From NCBI RefSeq assembly GCF_009914755.1, contig NC_060933.1: a DNA stretch of 64,000 nucleotides; one strand, given 5' to 3'. The position numbers and the translations under genes are program-made. Position 1 is the first letter of the stretch; every line of letters begins with the position of its first letter. Source of the stretch: the human T2T-CHM13v2.0 reference genome, Homo sapiens. The notes under the pieces were generated by a model. It ran no database searches, was not told the origin of the DNA, and was given only the letters and a program-made list of their open reading frames with translations. Below are positions 1-13,498 of this stretch, piece by piece.

Positions 1-893
1 ATTGGGACCTAGCAGGGGACTGAGTAAAGTGAGGCATTCAGGAAAGGGCCTAGGTCTTTACAGGCTTCTGTCTTTCCTTCCTTTGTTCAACAACCTAGCA
101 TTCATGTAACAAATTCTGATTGAGCATCTGCTCTGTTTCAGTCCTTGCTGGATACCAGAGAGAGGACACAGCTTTTAGCCTCTAAAAGATTCCACTCTCC
201 CCAGATAACACGGACTTGTGACCACAGAACCCTTTTAACAATTTCCCTGAACACCCAGGACTCTTGCAGGCTGCCATGCTTTGCACATTCCATTCCTTTC
301 CTGGAGAAAGTCTTTCCCATCTTCGCTTTCTAGAAAAATCTTGCTCAATTTTCCAAGCCCAGCTACACATGGCCCATCTCTGATGCAGCCTGTCCCAGAT
401 CCCCCATGGACAATGTGGCTATGGAGCCCCTGAGTCCCTTCTTAGGCTGCCCTGGCTTCTGCCACAGCTCTGTGCACTGTGGTCCGTGTAGAGGAGTTCT
501 CATTCAGAGAGAGTTGGCCCTGAAGGAGTGGACTAAACGAGGGAAGCTCCCACAGCATGAAGAGCACCATCTTCCCAAGTCATCTTCACTTATGTTCCAA
601 CTCAAAGCAAGGGAGCAGAGCACAGCTGTGCAATGATGGGAAAGGTGTATACTGATCAGTAATCCTTATGGAAGAGAAAATAGTGAAGAGGAGGGAGGGG
701 CTCTGTATGCCTTTGTAAATCAAAAGCACCCCAGACAGTATTTACTGCCTCAATTCTGTCAATAATGTATCATCGTCACAGCTCCATATGTCAGAGTTGG
801 AAGTTAACATTCCAACATTCTGTTCCCTTTAGTAATGCTTGGATCTGGAGGATATGTGCTGGTCTGGAAAAAATTTTAAAAAGACTCAAAAAG

Positions 894-1189
894 GGCTGGA
901 CACGGTGGCTCATGCCTGTAATCCCAGCATTTTGGGAGGCCAAGGCGGGAAGATCACCTGAGGTCAGGAGTTCAAGACCAGCCTGGCCAACACGGTGAAA
1001 CCCCGTCACTACTAAAAATACAAAGATTAGCCGGGTGTGGTGGCGGGCACATGTAATACCAGCTGCTTGAAAGGCTGGGGTAGTAGAATCACTCGAACCC
1101 CAGAGGCGGAGATTGGAATGAGCCAAGATCACGCCACTGCACTCCAGCCTGGGTGACAAGAATGAAACTCTGTCTCAAAGATAAAAAAA
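894..1189 (+). mobile_element. Alu (AluS, Sq/Sx-like), full length
   Basis: GGCTGGACACGGTGGCTCATGCCTGTAATCCCAGC start, dimeric body with A-rich linker, ends TGTCTC plus A-tail. Confidence 0.95.
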
Positions 1190-1411
1190 TTTTTTTTTTA
1201 AAAGTCCTAAAAGAATTTGTCAGAGCCTGTATATCCCTGCCCCAGTAGCCAACACTGATCCTACGTGACAACAGCCTTCTGGTTACTAGAGAGAAGATTC
1301 CACTGTGGAGCAGGATTCACTATCTCTCCAAACCCTTTAATGCCATCTGCTTTGCTTTCATGTTCACCAACATACTACTGAAGATTAATTTCCTTGCCTT
1401 GCTAGCCTGCC

Positions 1412-1662
1412 AGTATAACATAATTACTAGGAGCATGGGCTATGGTATCAAACTTGGCAGTATTCAAAACCCAGCACCACCATTTTCTTAGGAACCTTAG
1501 ACAACTAACAATCTCTTGGAGGCCTACTTTCCTTATCTCTGAAATTGTAACAGAGAGAAATACCAACGTTTTAAGTCAGTTGTGGGATTAGATAACGTAA
1601 GGCACAGCAAGTACACAGTGCTTGGCAGACAGTAACCCCTCAGTAAAGGGCAGTTATTATTA
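1412..1662 (+). mobile_element. MIR SINE
   Basis: Degenerate match along MIR consensus (TTCAAAACCCAGC...TTTCCTTATCTCTGAAA...CACAGTGCTTGGCA...TTATTATT). Confidence 0.75.
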
Positions 1663-2569
1663 GTAGTATATTTTTACTGTTACTTCCTTGATACAGTGTC
1701 TAGAACATATCTAGATTTTCTATCTTATAAATTCAGGCACTGACATTCAGCTTCTACCAGCTAGAGTGAGAGGTAAGAATTCACTCAGCATGACAGTGAG
1801 CTTGATAAGGTTTAGGAATAATGACTAGCTAGTGTTCTTGGACCTCAAAACCTTGGGTCAGTCCCCTGTGACATTACTGTCCTGGCATCAACTTCTGCTC
1901 CACTCTGTGGCCCCTCATTCCCACCCCATTGGCCGATCACCCTTGCTTTTGAAAAGCTCTAGGTTGCTTTCTCTGTTTCAATGAACTTCAAACGCTCTTT
2001 CATGTGAATGGCCCCCTACCAGAATATTAGCAGGTGGAGGCCAAGGCATTGTTTTCCCTGTCTCTAGAGCTCAGGACCTGGCCCAGAACAAGTCTTACTG
2101 TGTATGGAATGGACAAATGACTTTAGCAGGAAGTCACAAGTGACTTGATGAAGATATTATTATTTAGGTCCATGAATGACAGTGTTCGATGAGACCAAAA
2201 TGGAAGAAAACATTAGTTCCTTTTGTAACTTGTTTTCTTAGTTCTAATTATTTCAGAACATGCATTATTCCCACAGTGTCCCATCCTCTCCTCTTCTTCC
2301 CATTGCTCTTTTTAATCTTCACATCCCACTTCTGCCTCTTATGTGGAAAGCCCAAAGTGGAAAGATCAATGAGGAAAATGAGTACTGTATGGACTATCAT
2401 CAGCATTCATCCACCCTGAGTTCAAGAGGCATCCCCCTGTGGAGAGCTCAGTAAGAACTCAGTCAAACCTAGACTGTCCATGAAGCACCACGGGTTAATA
2501 AATAAAGAACAGAGGAATAAGAGATTAAGACACTAAAGGAATATAAGATAAAGTTAGAGAAACCCAAGT

Positions 2570-2996
2570 AGCTGCCCAGGACACTAGCTGTATTAGGATG
2601 CCAAATAGGTCCCCCAAATCTCAAGGACTTAATACTACAAAAATTTCTTTCTTGATCATAACACATATCTCATGCAGGTCAGGAGAGGGCTCCATCTGGT
2701 TATGCAAGGACCCAGCCTAGCAGGGGGAAGAGCCATGATGTTGTGACACCACCATCCTAACACATGGCTTCAATGCTCACCATGACAAAGGAAGAGAAAG
2801 AAGAGGAAACTCACCCTCACTTCTAAATATCTTGGCCCAAAATGACAAACATCACTTCCACCCACAGCCCATTGGATGGACCTACTCAAGAAGCAGGACC
2901 TACTTCTTGAACTGCAAGAAGACTGGCATGTGAGGCCCTTCTAGATGCTCCAAAGGAGAGAATATGAGAATATGCATAACTGAAGTCTCTACCACA
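2570..2996 (-). mobile_element. MLT1-family (ERVL-MaLR) solo LTR
   Basis: CATCACTTCCACCCACAGCCCATTGG core and CTACCACA terminus (reverse complement of TGTGGTAG). Confidence 0.7.
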
Positions 2997-3601
2997 AATT
3001 TTGAAACATCATGGGAATCAGTAATAAGGTCGGTAGTAAACTCAGATTTCCATGTATAGAACTGGTAAAACAGAGAGCACCCTCAAGTGGAAATTTTACA
3101 ATCGCGACTCACTGGGATCACCCTGTTAATAATGAGGTTAGTTTCATTATGGACATTGCTCAGTACAATCGTGGCCTACCCACCTATCCAAAGACCAGTC
3201 AACTGATTTTCCCTGGAAGCTAGCAGAAAATCTGAAACCAAATCATACCTAGGGTCATGCTGTTTATTGGCAATGGGTGATTTTGTGTACTACTTAAAAT
3301 TTAATTCCATTAACAGGCTTCCCAAGAAGTTGTCTGGATCAGAAAATCAAACCAAAAAAGCTTAAGAGAGTGAAAAACAGAAAAGTGAGACATTTTTGGT
3401 AAAAGGTAAACCAGGAATAGCAAATTTTAAAGCTCTTCTGAATGAGATTGTGCAACTATATTATTGGAAGTTACCTTCATCCTTCTGAGTTTTAGTGACT
3501 TATGCTATCCATATATAGTGATGGAAAAACTAGGACCTAGATGGCTATTTCAAATACACTGAAATATTATATTAGAGGCAATGCATATAATGAATTCCTT
3601 G

Positions 3602-3773
3602 TTTTATTATTTTTTAATGATTATTACTGATACAGGGTCTATCACCCAGACTGGAGTGCAGTGGCACAATCTTGGCTCACGGCAACCTCTGTCTCCTGGG
3701 CTTATGAGATCCTCCCACCTCAGCCTCTTGAGTAGCTGAGACTACAGACATGCATCCCTGCACCCTGGCAAAT
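3602..3773 (-). mobile_element. AluJ right monomer / FRAM-like fragment
   Basis: CACCCAGACTGGAGTGCAGTGGCACAATCTTGGCTCAC...GATCCTCCCACCTCAGCCTC, with T-rich tail on the left. Confidence 0.85.
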
Positions 3774-5499
3774 TCTGTGTTTACAATGTTAACATAGAGT
3801 GAAATAAATTCAGTATAATAGAGAATCGGCTTCTCTCCTCCTTCACTAAAATAAATATTGAGCAAATATCTTTAAAACATTGATAAGAACAGATGCCAAA
3901 TTAGCCATCTGAGGCATCCCACATCTCACCCCAGGCCTGGGCACAATATAGGTCTAATGGAGCCAGAGGCAACTCTATCTTTCTGTAGGCACAAGGAGGC
4001 ATCTTGATGCAGACAAAGACATTGGATTTGCATCCAACAGCATATAAGTACTGGCGAGGCAAGTTACTCGCCAACTTGGACAACCTATTTAAACTAGCAA
4101 ATGGCAATAAGAATGCTTATCTTATCAGATTATTTATTTGGTGAAATAAATAAGCTATCAAATATATATCTCCCAGCATGAACCTGCCTGGTAGATAATA
4201 GAGCTTTAGTATCTAGACCTAAATCGATTGACTGTTGTTGCAGGCAGGAGACTTGAACTTCAGCCAAGCAAGATCAGCATGAAGTGGGACAATTCAACAA
4301 ACTATGCCTCAGCTTTCCTTTCCGCAAAGTAGAGATGACAACAATTGCTTCCACCTTCACAAGAGAGCTATGAAGATGACCAAGATAAAGCAGGAAAGAC
4401 CTCTGAACTCTCAGGAAAAAAGACACTAGAGAAATCCACACTATTATTACCTTTGCTGAGTAATAATAGGGGATTTTCCCAACCAGGAAACAGCTCTCTA
4501 CTCTTGAGAATGCTCACTGTCCATATCATGCAAATGCTACAGTGCTGACCTATTTGCCAATGTCAAGTAAAATCTTGGCAGGGCTGTTAGTTAACCAAGT
4601 TCATTATCCTTAAAGACAAAGTATCAGGTGAACAGGAAAATCCCGAGAGGGCCTCCCTCCTGCATTCTGAGTGTAGGAGTGACTGAACAGGTTTGGTGCT
4701 GAGTCGTCAGCAACAAAAGAGAACTAAACAAAACTTTACGCATCCAGTTTAGTTTGCATGCTTTTCGGACATCCCTGGGGTTTCCCATTTCCTGTTCCCA
4801 GTGTCCAGTGGAAGAGCCCTTTTCTCCTAGGGACCACAGATCCAGCACCACTTTTCTTAATGACTTATATTTGCCAACTGGCCGACAAGCAATCCAGGAG
4901 CTGCCCTTGTAGAGCCAAGCATGAGATTTCACTCAAAAAAACACAACAAAAACAAAAAAAAAAACCCACATGCAGCATTTGTTACTTCTACAATGGGAAA
5001 GAAACATTCACGAAGACTTAATTTTGAGCTGAATTAGAGTCCACTTTGGCAAAGGGGGGAAAAATGTGTTTTCACGTTTGCTCCAAATGGTAGCAAACCT
5101 CTGCACAGGCCCACAGCCTAGAAGAGGCAGCTCATAAAATCTTCTTTGAAACTTTTTAGTAAAACAAAACTCATTTCTATAGGACCAATCCCTCCTGAAA
5201 ACACCATGGCAGATCCTTGCTGGCCTTCTGAACAGTGAGCACACCCCTGGGAATAACACAAGTCCCTGTCCTTAAAGAAGCGGATGTCTCTGAGCACTGT
5301 CTCATTAATCTTCATGACCAAGCTACAACGAAGTCAAAAACAGTCATTATTTTTTCCCATTCTGCAAATTTTATGGGCTCCAACACTTGCCTGAGGTAAC
5401 AGGACACATTTGCGGCAGAGTCAGGCCTCCAGGACTGGCCAGCCTCCTGGGAAATTACTGCTTTTCAGCAAGTTCTTGTGTCATCATACGGCCACTCAT

Positions 5500-6150
5500 T
5501 TGTTCACATGCTGGACAAGCATTCACTGGATGCTGACTCTGTGCCAGCCACTGAGCTTCATGCCAGGATGGACAACTGATTAATAGGAAAGGCCCTGCCC
5601 CAGATAAATTTACAATTTAGGAGGCAGAGGCTGGCAAGTCAATAGATAATTACAAGAAGATCTGAGAACCACAGGCAATATAACTGAGTGGTGAGGAGCA
5701 CGCTAGGTGTAAAGCAGACCTGGGTTCAAATTCCAGCTCAGCCTTACATTTGCATTTTTTTCATAGTACTTATCTCCTTCTAACATTCTACATATTTTAC
5801 CTCTTTATTGTTTATACACATATACATGCATGCACGCACGCACGTGCACACACACACACACACACACACAAGAATAAAAATTATATGAGGACAGACATCT
5901 TTGTCTGTTCAGGGATGTATCTCCAGGGTCTAAAACAGTACCTGGCATGTAGCAGGAGTTGAATAAATATCCGTTGGATGAGTAAATTCACTATGTGTCC
6001 CTAGGAAATGTACTCATCCTCTTTGAGCTTCAGTTTGCTTGTCCATACTAAAGGGGACGCCAAGGTGATGGGATTAGATAACATATAAATGCCCGGCAAA
6101 GAGCCCAGCAAAGATTATCATAAGCAAAATAAATGGCTATTCATGTTCAA
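5500..6150. mobile_element. Nested L2 and MIR fragments
   Basis: L2 3' end (ACAGTACCTGGCATGTAGCAGGAGTTGAATAAATAT) and MIR core (AGACCTGGGTTCAAATTCCAGCTC). Confidence 0.65.
5817..5869 (+). repeat. (CA)n/(CACG)n microsatellite
   Basis: Alternating purine-pyrimidine tract, seen directly. Confidence 0.95.
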
Positions 6151-7369
6151 TATTGATAATACAGTGGGCTTCAGTGCTAAGAGGGTCTTAATGAGCATCA
6201 GTAGTCTCTGCTTGGGAGTGTCAGGGAAGCTTGCCATGTTGAGTGCTGAAGGATGAGTAGTACAATGTTGCTAGAAGAAAAGAAGAAAGAAAAAGGACAC
6301 AAAGCAGCAAGGAAGGCAAGACAAAGGCTGCGAAGCCTTCATGCTGCTCTCAAGCCCTACTGTCTAAAACACCATATCCCATTTTTGCTCACAGCCATCC
6401 ATCCCTGTGCCCTTGACAACTCCTATACTTGAGGGGTACTATCTCCAGGATCAGTTTCAGGACCCAGCATAGAGCAAACGTCCCCTAATTCCTCCTACAC
6501 AGAGGCAGATTAGTCTTCAAAGATATTGCAGCGTTGGCCTTTCCTTGGGGCCCTTGCCACGGGCTGGATTCTGTGTGCTCAGTATAAATCCACAGAGATG
6601 AGGCTGGCCATGTAGTGACTGCAAGAAGTAAAAGAAGCTTTCCGCTCGATGACACATCTCTGATTCAGTCTGCCCTGACAAAGCTGGAGATTAAGTTTCC
6701 TTGCCTAAAGCTGCAAGGAGAAACATGACACCCTTTGCTGGCTACAAGTGGAACACGCTTTATTAACCCAGCCTTAATTATATTCCATTTTGAGATTCAA
6801 TAGTTTCGATTGCAACACTGCATGAAACCAGGGTGACTTGCACCCCATGGGACTCTGTCCATAAATGAAAACGGAAAAGTGCCTTGAAGGCAGTGACCCG
6901 CTTATGCCAGCCAGTCAGAGACGCAGCCTAGAGCCTGTGCCTGGCTCCGGGGGAGCCCCAGAGGTGGCCAAATCAGGGCAGGGCTGGGTCCATAGTCAAC
7001 TGGGTAATGGGAAGGTGGCTTCTATTTATGAAAGAAATGATGGCTCTCTCTGAAAAGTCTGAAGCGAATGTGGCAGGAGTTGCATATAGCCTAACATGCA
7101 TGCAGCTCTCACCTCACAAATGAAATTCTTTTTCATCTGATCATCACATTCTCTCTTTTCCTCTCCCAGTTTTGAGGAAAAAAAAAAGCAGATTACCTTT
7201 CTTTTTTGTATACAGATTACAGTCTACCCTATCTAAGGCAAGCGAGCTAACCTTGTATTCTTTTTTTGAGGTCAAATTTTCTGCAAATATTTTACATGCC
7301 TTCCTACGCTTTTCAAATAAGGTAACTGAGGCAGTTGATTGGTCCGAGGGCTGAGTGTCTCCATTATAA

Positions 7370-7580
7370 TACTAATAGCTACCTATTATTGAGCATTTAC
7401 TATATGCCAAGGAATATGTGAAGGGTTCTATGTGAATTATCTCATTAAAGCTTCGCAACAGCTTTAAGGGCCAACATGTGCATTTCATTTTTCTCATTCC
7501 CACAGTGAGAAAAAGGCAGAAGAGAGACTCCCACCCAAATCTACATGAAGCCCAAGTTTGCACCCTTCTTGCTACACTCT
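7370..7580 (-). mobile_element. MIR SINE
   Basis: AATAGCTACCTATTATTGAGCATTTACTATATGCCAAGG is the reverse complement of the MIR 3' end. Confidence 0.7.
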
Positions 7581-9145
7581 GCCTCCACTGCACTGCAGGA
7601 TCGAGAGGACAGGGAGCATGCCTGAGTCATACTACGTCCCCCAGCACCTGGGAGAAGTCCTGATGAATGGCAGACCTCAGTAATGTTTGGTTAGTTAATT
7701 AATTAATTAGGTAATTTTAAAGAACCTTAGACTGGGAACAAAAGGGTTAGTTGGAAGCCAGCTCTGACAGTAATAAGCCACATGGATTTGAGCCAGGTAC
7801 TTCCCCTATGGGCCTTGGCCTTCCCATTTGAACAGTGAAGCAGCTGGACTAGATGACCTCTGATGGTACCTGATTCAGGGTCTTGCCCCAAGTTCACCCA
7901 GCCAGGCAACGTCAAAAGTCTGCCTCCTCATCTCCCACCCCACATCCAAGTCCACGTTCACAAAAACAGGCCCTTAGCCTGACAACATGTTGGCCCAAGC
8001 CCCAGTGAGTCATATGTCAAGCTAAGCAGGTACGTAGGCGTGTCTATGAGTTACTGCTAAAAACGCAAGGCTGTTGACTGTCTACTAAAGGAAAGAACAG
8101 TTAGCACAACCAGAAACCAGCGTTCTCTTCAAGCCCACGAATGGAAAGGAAGAGCCTTTCTAAATATAAGGGACCCTCATCTCAATCAGGGAGACATGCA
8201 AATGTTTAAAAAAGAGCCTTCTTGGACACAGGTGAGGTGTTTAAAATTAAACCCTTATCACTTAGTCACTGTTACCAGAACAATTTGGTTGTTTTGCCAC
8301 ATTCAGTACATTGCTTTTAGCACCTACCTGGTACTAAGTACTAAACAAGGCAAAAAGAATATAAAGAGAAAAACAAACAAACAGTTCTTACCTCAAGAGC
8401 ACACAATCTTGTGAGAGACAACTATAAGCCAAGTTGGACTTTTAGGAGTGAAAAAAAGGAAGTGCTAATTCTGACAGGGAAATGGGAAAGGAGGAAGAGA
8501 GGGTGGAGGTTGGGGCTGCTTTCTCAGTGGACACATTTGATTGAAACCTTGATGAAGAAATAGGCTTTGACAGGTGGAAGTAAAAGAAGACTATTTACCC
8601 CCAGGCAAATGATTAGCAAGTGTTAGTTGTCTCAGCATGATGTGTACACACGTGCACACACATGGGTATCCATATTCAGAATGTCCCTTTGCACGCACCT
8701 GCACCCATTCATTGAGGTTTCTGTCAGCCAGCCCCAGGAGTGCTCACTAACCATTAGGACAACTGGTCACATTCCCCAGAATGGCCAGATGGAAACACAT
8801 GTCTCTGTTAAGTACAATTTAAACCATATGCTTCTGGTTTATTTCTGCCTAGTTCATCAAAATTATCTTTCACATTTTAGTTTGGATAGCCAGGAGCCTT
8901 CCAAGATCTTTTTTTTTTTAATTTTACCGTGTAGGAAGTCGCTTTTATCGAAGTGAAACACACTGAATTCTCAAAAGATTCCAGGATGCTCTTAGCAGAG
9001 GATGTGTTTGGATTCACACACAACGTCTAAAAAGGGAGAGATTCTTCCAAAGTGGGTTTATTAGTTCTGCATTTTCCTCTATTTAATACTTACCATAAAA
9101 TTTAATGTGAATATATAGTTTATAAGGTAATTCAGGGCCCCAGGG

Positions 9146-9614
9146 CAGGGGCCGGCAACTAAAGCCTGAGGGCCAAACCTGACCTGCCATCTATTTATGC
9201 ATGACCCATGTGTTAAGACTTGCTTTTACATTTTTACTTTAAAACAAAATTTGTTTTAAAAGATGAGATCTTGCTATGTTGCCCAGGCTGGTCTCAAACT
9301 CCTGAGCACAAGTCATCCTCCCGCCTCAGCCTCAGGCACATGCCACCACACCTGGCTAATTTATACATTTTAAATGATTGGGAAAATTTAAAGAATAGTC
9401 ATATATTTTGTAACATGTGGAAATTACATGAAATTCATATTTGTGTTCATAAAGTTTTATTAGAATACAGCCATTCTCATTCATTTACATATTATCTGTG
9501 GCCACTTTCACACCACGGTGACAGGGTTGAATAGTGGTAACAGATACCATACGACCTGCAAAGCCTAAAATATTTACTATCTCACCTTTTGCAGAAAATG
9601 TTTGCCAACATCTG
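9146..9614. mobile_element. MER58B-like hAT-Charlie MITE, interrupted by a FLAM
   Basis: CAGGGGCCGGCAAC...TTTGCCAACATCTG termini; internal AAAGTTTTATTAGAATACAGCCA and AAAGCCTAAAATATTTACTATCT. Confidence 0.85.
9250..9360 (-). mobile_element. FLAM (Alu monomer) with internal deletion
   Basis: TCTTGCTATGTTGCCCAGGCTGGTCTCAAACTCCTGAGC. Confidence 0.85.
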
Positions 9615-10048
9615 CTCTAATGTAATAGAATGCTCTTGCTGAACTAGATGCTAAGATTTTTTTTAATGAGTCCTAAAGCTGAAAAATGAAATCATATGAA
9701 AGTTGCTGGTAGTTTTTATCTTCTAGGAACTAAAGGGTTGAATTTACCTTTAGGTCACACTGTCCCAAAAGTTTTTGAAAAATAAATCTAATGGGCCTTT
9801 TAATTAACCCGATGTAAAGCATTATACCCTGCCATTATATTTGAGGTAAAATAAAGTCCCCATTAATCTGAATGTAGATGTTTATACTAAAAAGTAGAGA
9901 ATTCTCTTTGGTATATAAGTTAGATATTTGTTTAAGCATAGCTATGTGTTTGCAGACTTTGTAGCTTCTTTGAAGAAAACATTTCTTTTCCATATATGGT
10001 TTCGCTCTTGCCTGTGATTGTATACTACTGCTTATTCTTGGGAAAAGG

Positions 10049-10068
10049 GGTGTGTGTGTGTGTGTATG
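10049..10068 (+). repeat. (GT)n microsatellite
   Basis: Seen directly. Confidence 0.9.
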
Positions 10069-11789
10069 TTTTACAGAATTTTTTCACAGGAGATTGGTAG
10101 TAAAGACCTAAAAAATCTGGAAGATTCTATATTTAAGCTGCGGTTAAGATGAGCTTGGCTATGTTTAAGTCATCTTGAAATAGACTATGATGTTATGCAC
10201 GATGAATAATAACCAGTGCTTTGTGAAATAATGGTGAAATAGTGCACTCTGATGTGATGGTCTTTGGGGGATCAAGAGCTCATGGGCAGAGCTTCCCCTG
10301 GAAAGAATGAATGTCCCTGCTGCACATTATTCTCAAGAGAAGCCAAGTGCCTATGCCAACATATGAGGACTAAGGAGGCGAGACCTGGCTGGTGGGAGTG
10401 GGAGGGAGATGGGAATAAAATTCTATTCTCATTGGGCTGTCATAAGTTGAGGTCTAGACTCCAGCGAAGGAGACAGGCTAAAGGTCAGAAAGACTCCCAT
10501 AGGGAAAGGAAAATGGCCTCTATGAGATAGGTAGGCTGGACAATGACCATTCAGGGGCCTACAGAGGATGGGTCTGGACCTATGGTCCCTGAAACGGACA
10601 TATGAAATAGCAGTTTTTTAATATTCTCTGCTTGTATTTGCCTCCTATAATCTCCAAAATTCCATAAAGTTGTGTTCAAAACTTACAGCCTAGGCTTGAG
10701 TGTGCTGTGATCAAATAAAAGAAGAGCCTGCTCTATATTTGAGTGAAATAGGAAAGGGGGAGCAGGCCCTCTCTCGAACCCAGGACACAGCCATGATAAC
10801 CAACTGAGGATGGCCACGCCGCACTGAGCCGTGGCTGACAATAATGGAAGCTCCACAGCATGGCAAAGAGGTAAAAAATGTATCTATTATCAGGGCCTAT
10901 TCATTTATACACATAAGCCAGCATCCATAAGAACTCTGAGAACTAACTGAGAGTTCTCCAAGGAGGATAAACATTGGCCATCAAAGCTGAGAAAGGCTCA
11001 AGTCAATAGTGATAGGTGTTTAAGGAACGTGACCTCATTTTATATTCAAAGGTTGACGAGGACTGACCATACTGCTGACAGTCTCCATAAGATCTTAAGT
11101 TCCTTTACAGTGAGCACCATGCCTTTGTAATCTTTCCACCTCTACCAACTAGCATAAATTCTTGGGATTTGAGTGCAGTAAATGCTTGGAAGAGAAGAGT
11201 GCAGGGGTTATTCACGTGCATTTTCACGTTAAAGAGATCGCACTGGATCAAGCTCAGGGGCTCACTTTAAGACATTCATTTGTTCTTTGGACAAATCATC
11301 TGATAACTATTCCATTGAGGAACAGATACTTCTGCCTCCAAAACTTACCTTGAGAAATCTGCAAGAACAAAAGTGGATAATTTCAGATACATTGCAATGG
11401 CATGTAGACATATCTTAGGAGAACATCTTAATTACCCAGAAAGTATTAAAGATTGCAAATAAAATATTCCACAAATACAGCCTGTCTGCTTGTGGCTACT
11501 AAATTGATTATTTGAGATATTTTTCACACTTGAGAGTTATATTAGCACCTAGTCAACACCCAGTAGATTAACCACAATAACTATAACTAATTTATTCTAT
11601 CGAACGTGGAATCCCAAAATGTCTGAGTGATAAAGGACACACAGATCATCTAGCCCAACACGAGGTTCACATCCTGCTGCTCCCTTTTCCCATGCATGTA
11701 GCAGACACTAGCAGCCCTCCTTCTTGCTGAACATGACCATGGCTTCACAATCCCTATCAGCTGAGCCTTCTGAGCCAGGAATTCTAAAC

Positions 11790-11995
11790 CAGGCATTACA
11801 GCACCCAAGGGGCCCAAATTTGGTTCTTGGAAGATGAAAAAAATACTAGATATTATAATGGTTTGTGGCCTTCCAAAGAGTCATAGTACATAAACACATA
11901 GGCAGTATATCTGTCACATTAGAATTACTTGAGAAAGGAGAATGACTAGGGAAAAAAAAGGTCTGAAAAGACTCCTTAGGAGTTGAGAACCACCA
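11790..11995. mobile_element. hAT-Charlie-type MITE fragment
   Basis: Ends GGAGTTGAGAACCAC, a Charlie-like TIR; internal sequence resembles Charlie4-type elements. Confidence 0.5.
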
Positions 11996-13422
11996 ATCTA
12001 GGCAATAGCTACCAACCCTCTACAGCTGGCACATAAAAGGAAACTTACTTGCCATCCCAGATCACCCAAGCCTCCCATTTTAACTGACAGGAAAAGTGAG
12101 GCTCAGACCGGTGAAGCGAGTTGTCCCAGGCAACATAGGCAAGAAATGGCCAAGCCAAGTCTTAAATTCTGACTTTTAATTAAGTGCCCAGTTCATATTG
12201 CGATATATCATGTTATTACCAAAAGAGAGCCCACTTTACAATCCACTTAGTTAAAATTACATTTATAAAGCAGGCAGAAAGGAATAATAAAAATATTACA
12301 GAAATATTCAGTTGTTAGTTCACAATGTAAATGGTGTAGGGGAAATGGAGCATTAATACAGAATACCTATGTTCCTTTACTGAGCATCTACTGTGATCAA
12401 GAACAAGTGTCATGTCTCAGGTTCCCCAAGAAAGTGACCAAGATTATTCTGAAGATCCTCTTTTTCTGTCATGACACATGGATCCCCATCTCATGTGTCT
12501 ATCGATAAGCTGAGGAAACTGCAAAACACACCCACACACACACAATCAGTCCCTAATCACTGAAGTTATCCCAAGTCAAAAGGAGGCAAAATCACATTAA
12601 TTGTTAGATTGTAAAATGGATCTTAAGGGTTTTTTTTTTTTTTTCCTAAATTGAAACAGCCCACATGGACTGAACCACTTTTAAAAAGAAATTATATAAT
12701 AACAGAATTTCCAGGGCACCTCTGCTAAGGCTGTTCAGAGCCTTATCTATTCTGGCCAAGGTGGTGGCTGACAATACTCTGTACATGGGCAAGGAGAGCT
12801 AATGAGTAGAATTTGCATGGAATCACTGAAGCTGATTTTGGCATCCCGGCCAGCCATCTGTGCTGATATCTTACTCTCTCCTTTCACACCTCTCCTCACT
12901 GTACCAGAGGGACCTCTCTAAAATGCACATCTGATCATGCCATCCTCTGTTTACATATTTTGGGTGGTTCCCTGCTATCTCCAGTATCCATTCAGACTCC
13001 CTGGCAGGGTGGGCAAACAAAGTGCTTCTCAGATTGGCTTGGATCTACCACTCCAGCCTCCTTTAATGACACCTCCTCACCCCATCCCACCTCTTTCCCT
13101 TTTGGTGCTACACTTCAGCCAAACTAAAGAACTAGTTGCTTCTCAAGACCATCCATGCCTTTTCCTGCCACTATTTCTTTACAGAAGCAGTACTCCTTCT
13201 CGGACATGTGAAGCCAACAAACCCCTGTCCCTCAATACCCAGCTCAAATGTCAACACACATTTGCAGCCTTCCCTCACCCACTTATACTTTATATTAGAG
13301 AACATAGATATTCATGCCATTGCTAACACAGACATTCAGGGCATCACTCCAATGCCATCATTCATGGAGGGGTAGGGAAACATCACAGCCATTTCCAACC
13401 TCCAGCCCCATAGAAACAGAAC

Positions 13423-13470
13423 AATGTTAATGAGAACACAAACTTTAATGTTAATGAGAACACAAACTTT
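13423..13470 (+). repeat. Perfect 24-bp tandem duplication
   Basis: AATGTTAATGAGAACACAAACTTT x2. Confidence 0.97.
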
Positions 13471-13498
13471 CTCAGGGATAGGGTCACATCTTATTTAC

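Noticed and set aside
791-1159. Alu-derived ORFs (also 15947-16273, 18631-18969, 27131-27409, 42395-42655)
   Set aside because: Typical antisense Alu translations ([21 protein letters not shown]), not genes.
4722-4754. AACTAAAC/GTTTAGTT inverted repeat
   Set aside because: Only 8 bp and AT-rich; expected by chance.
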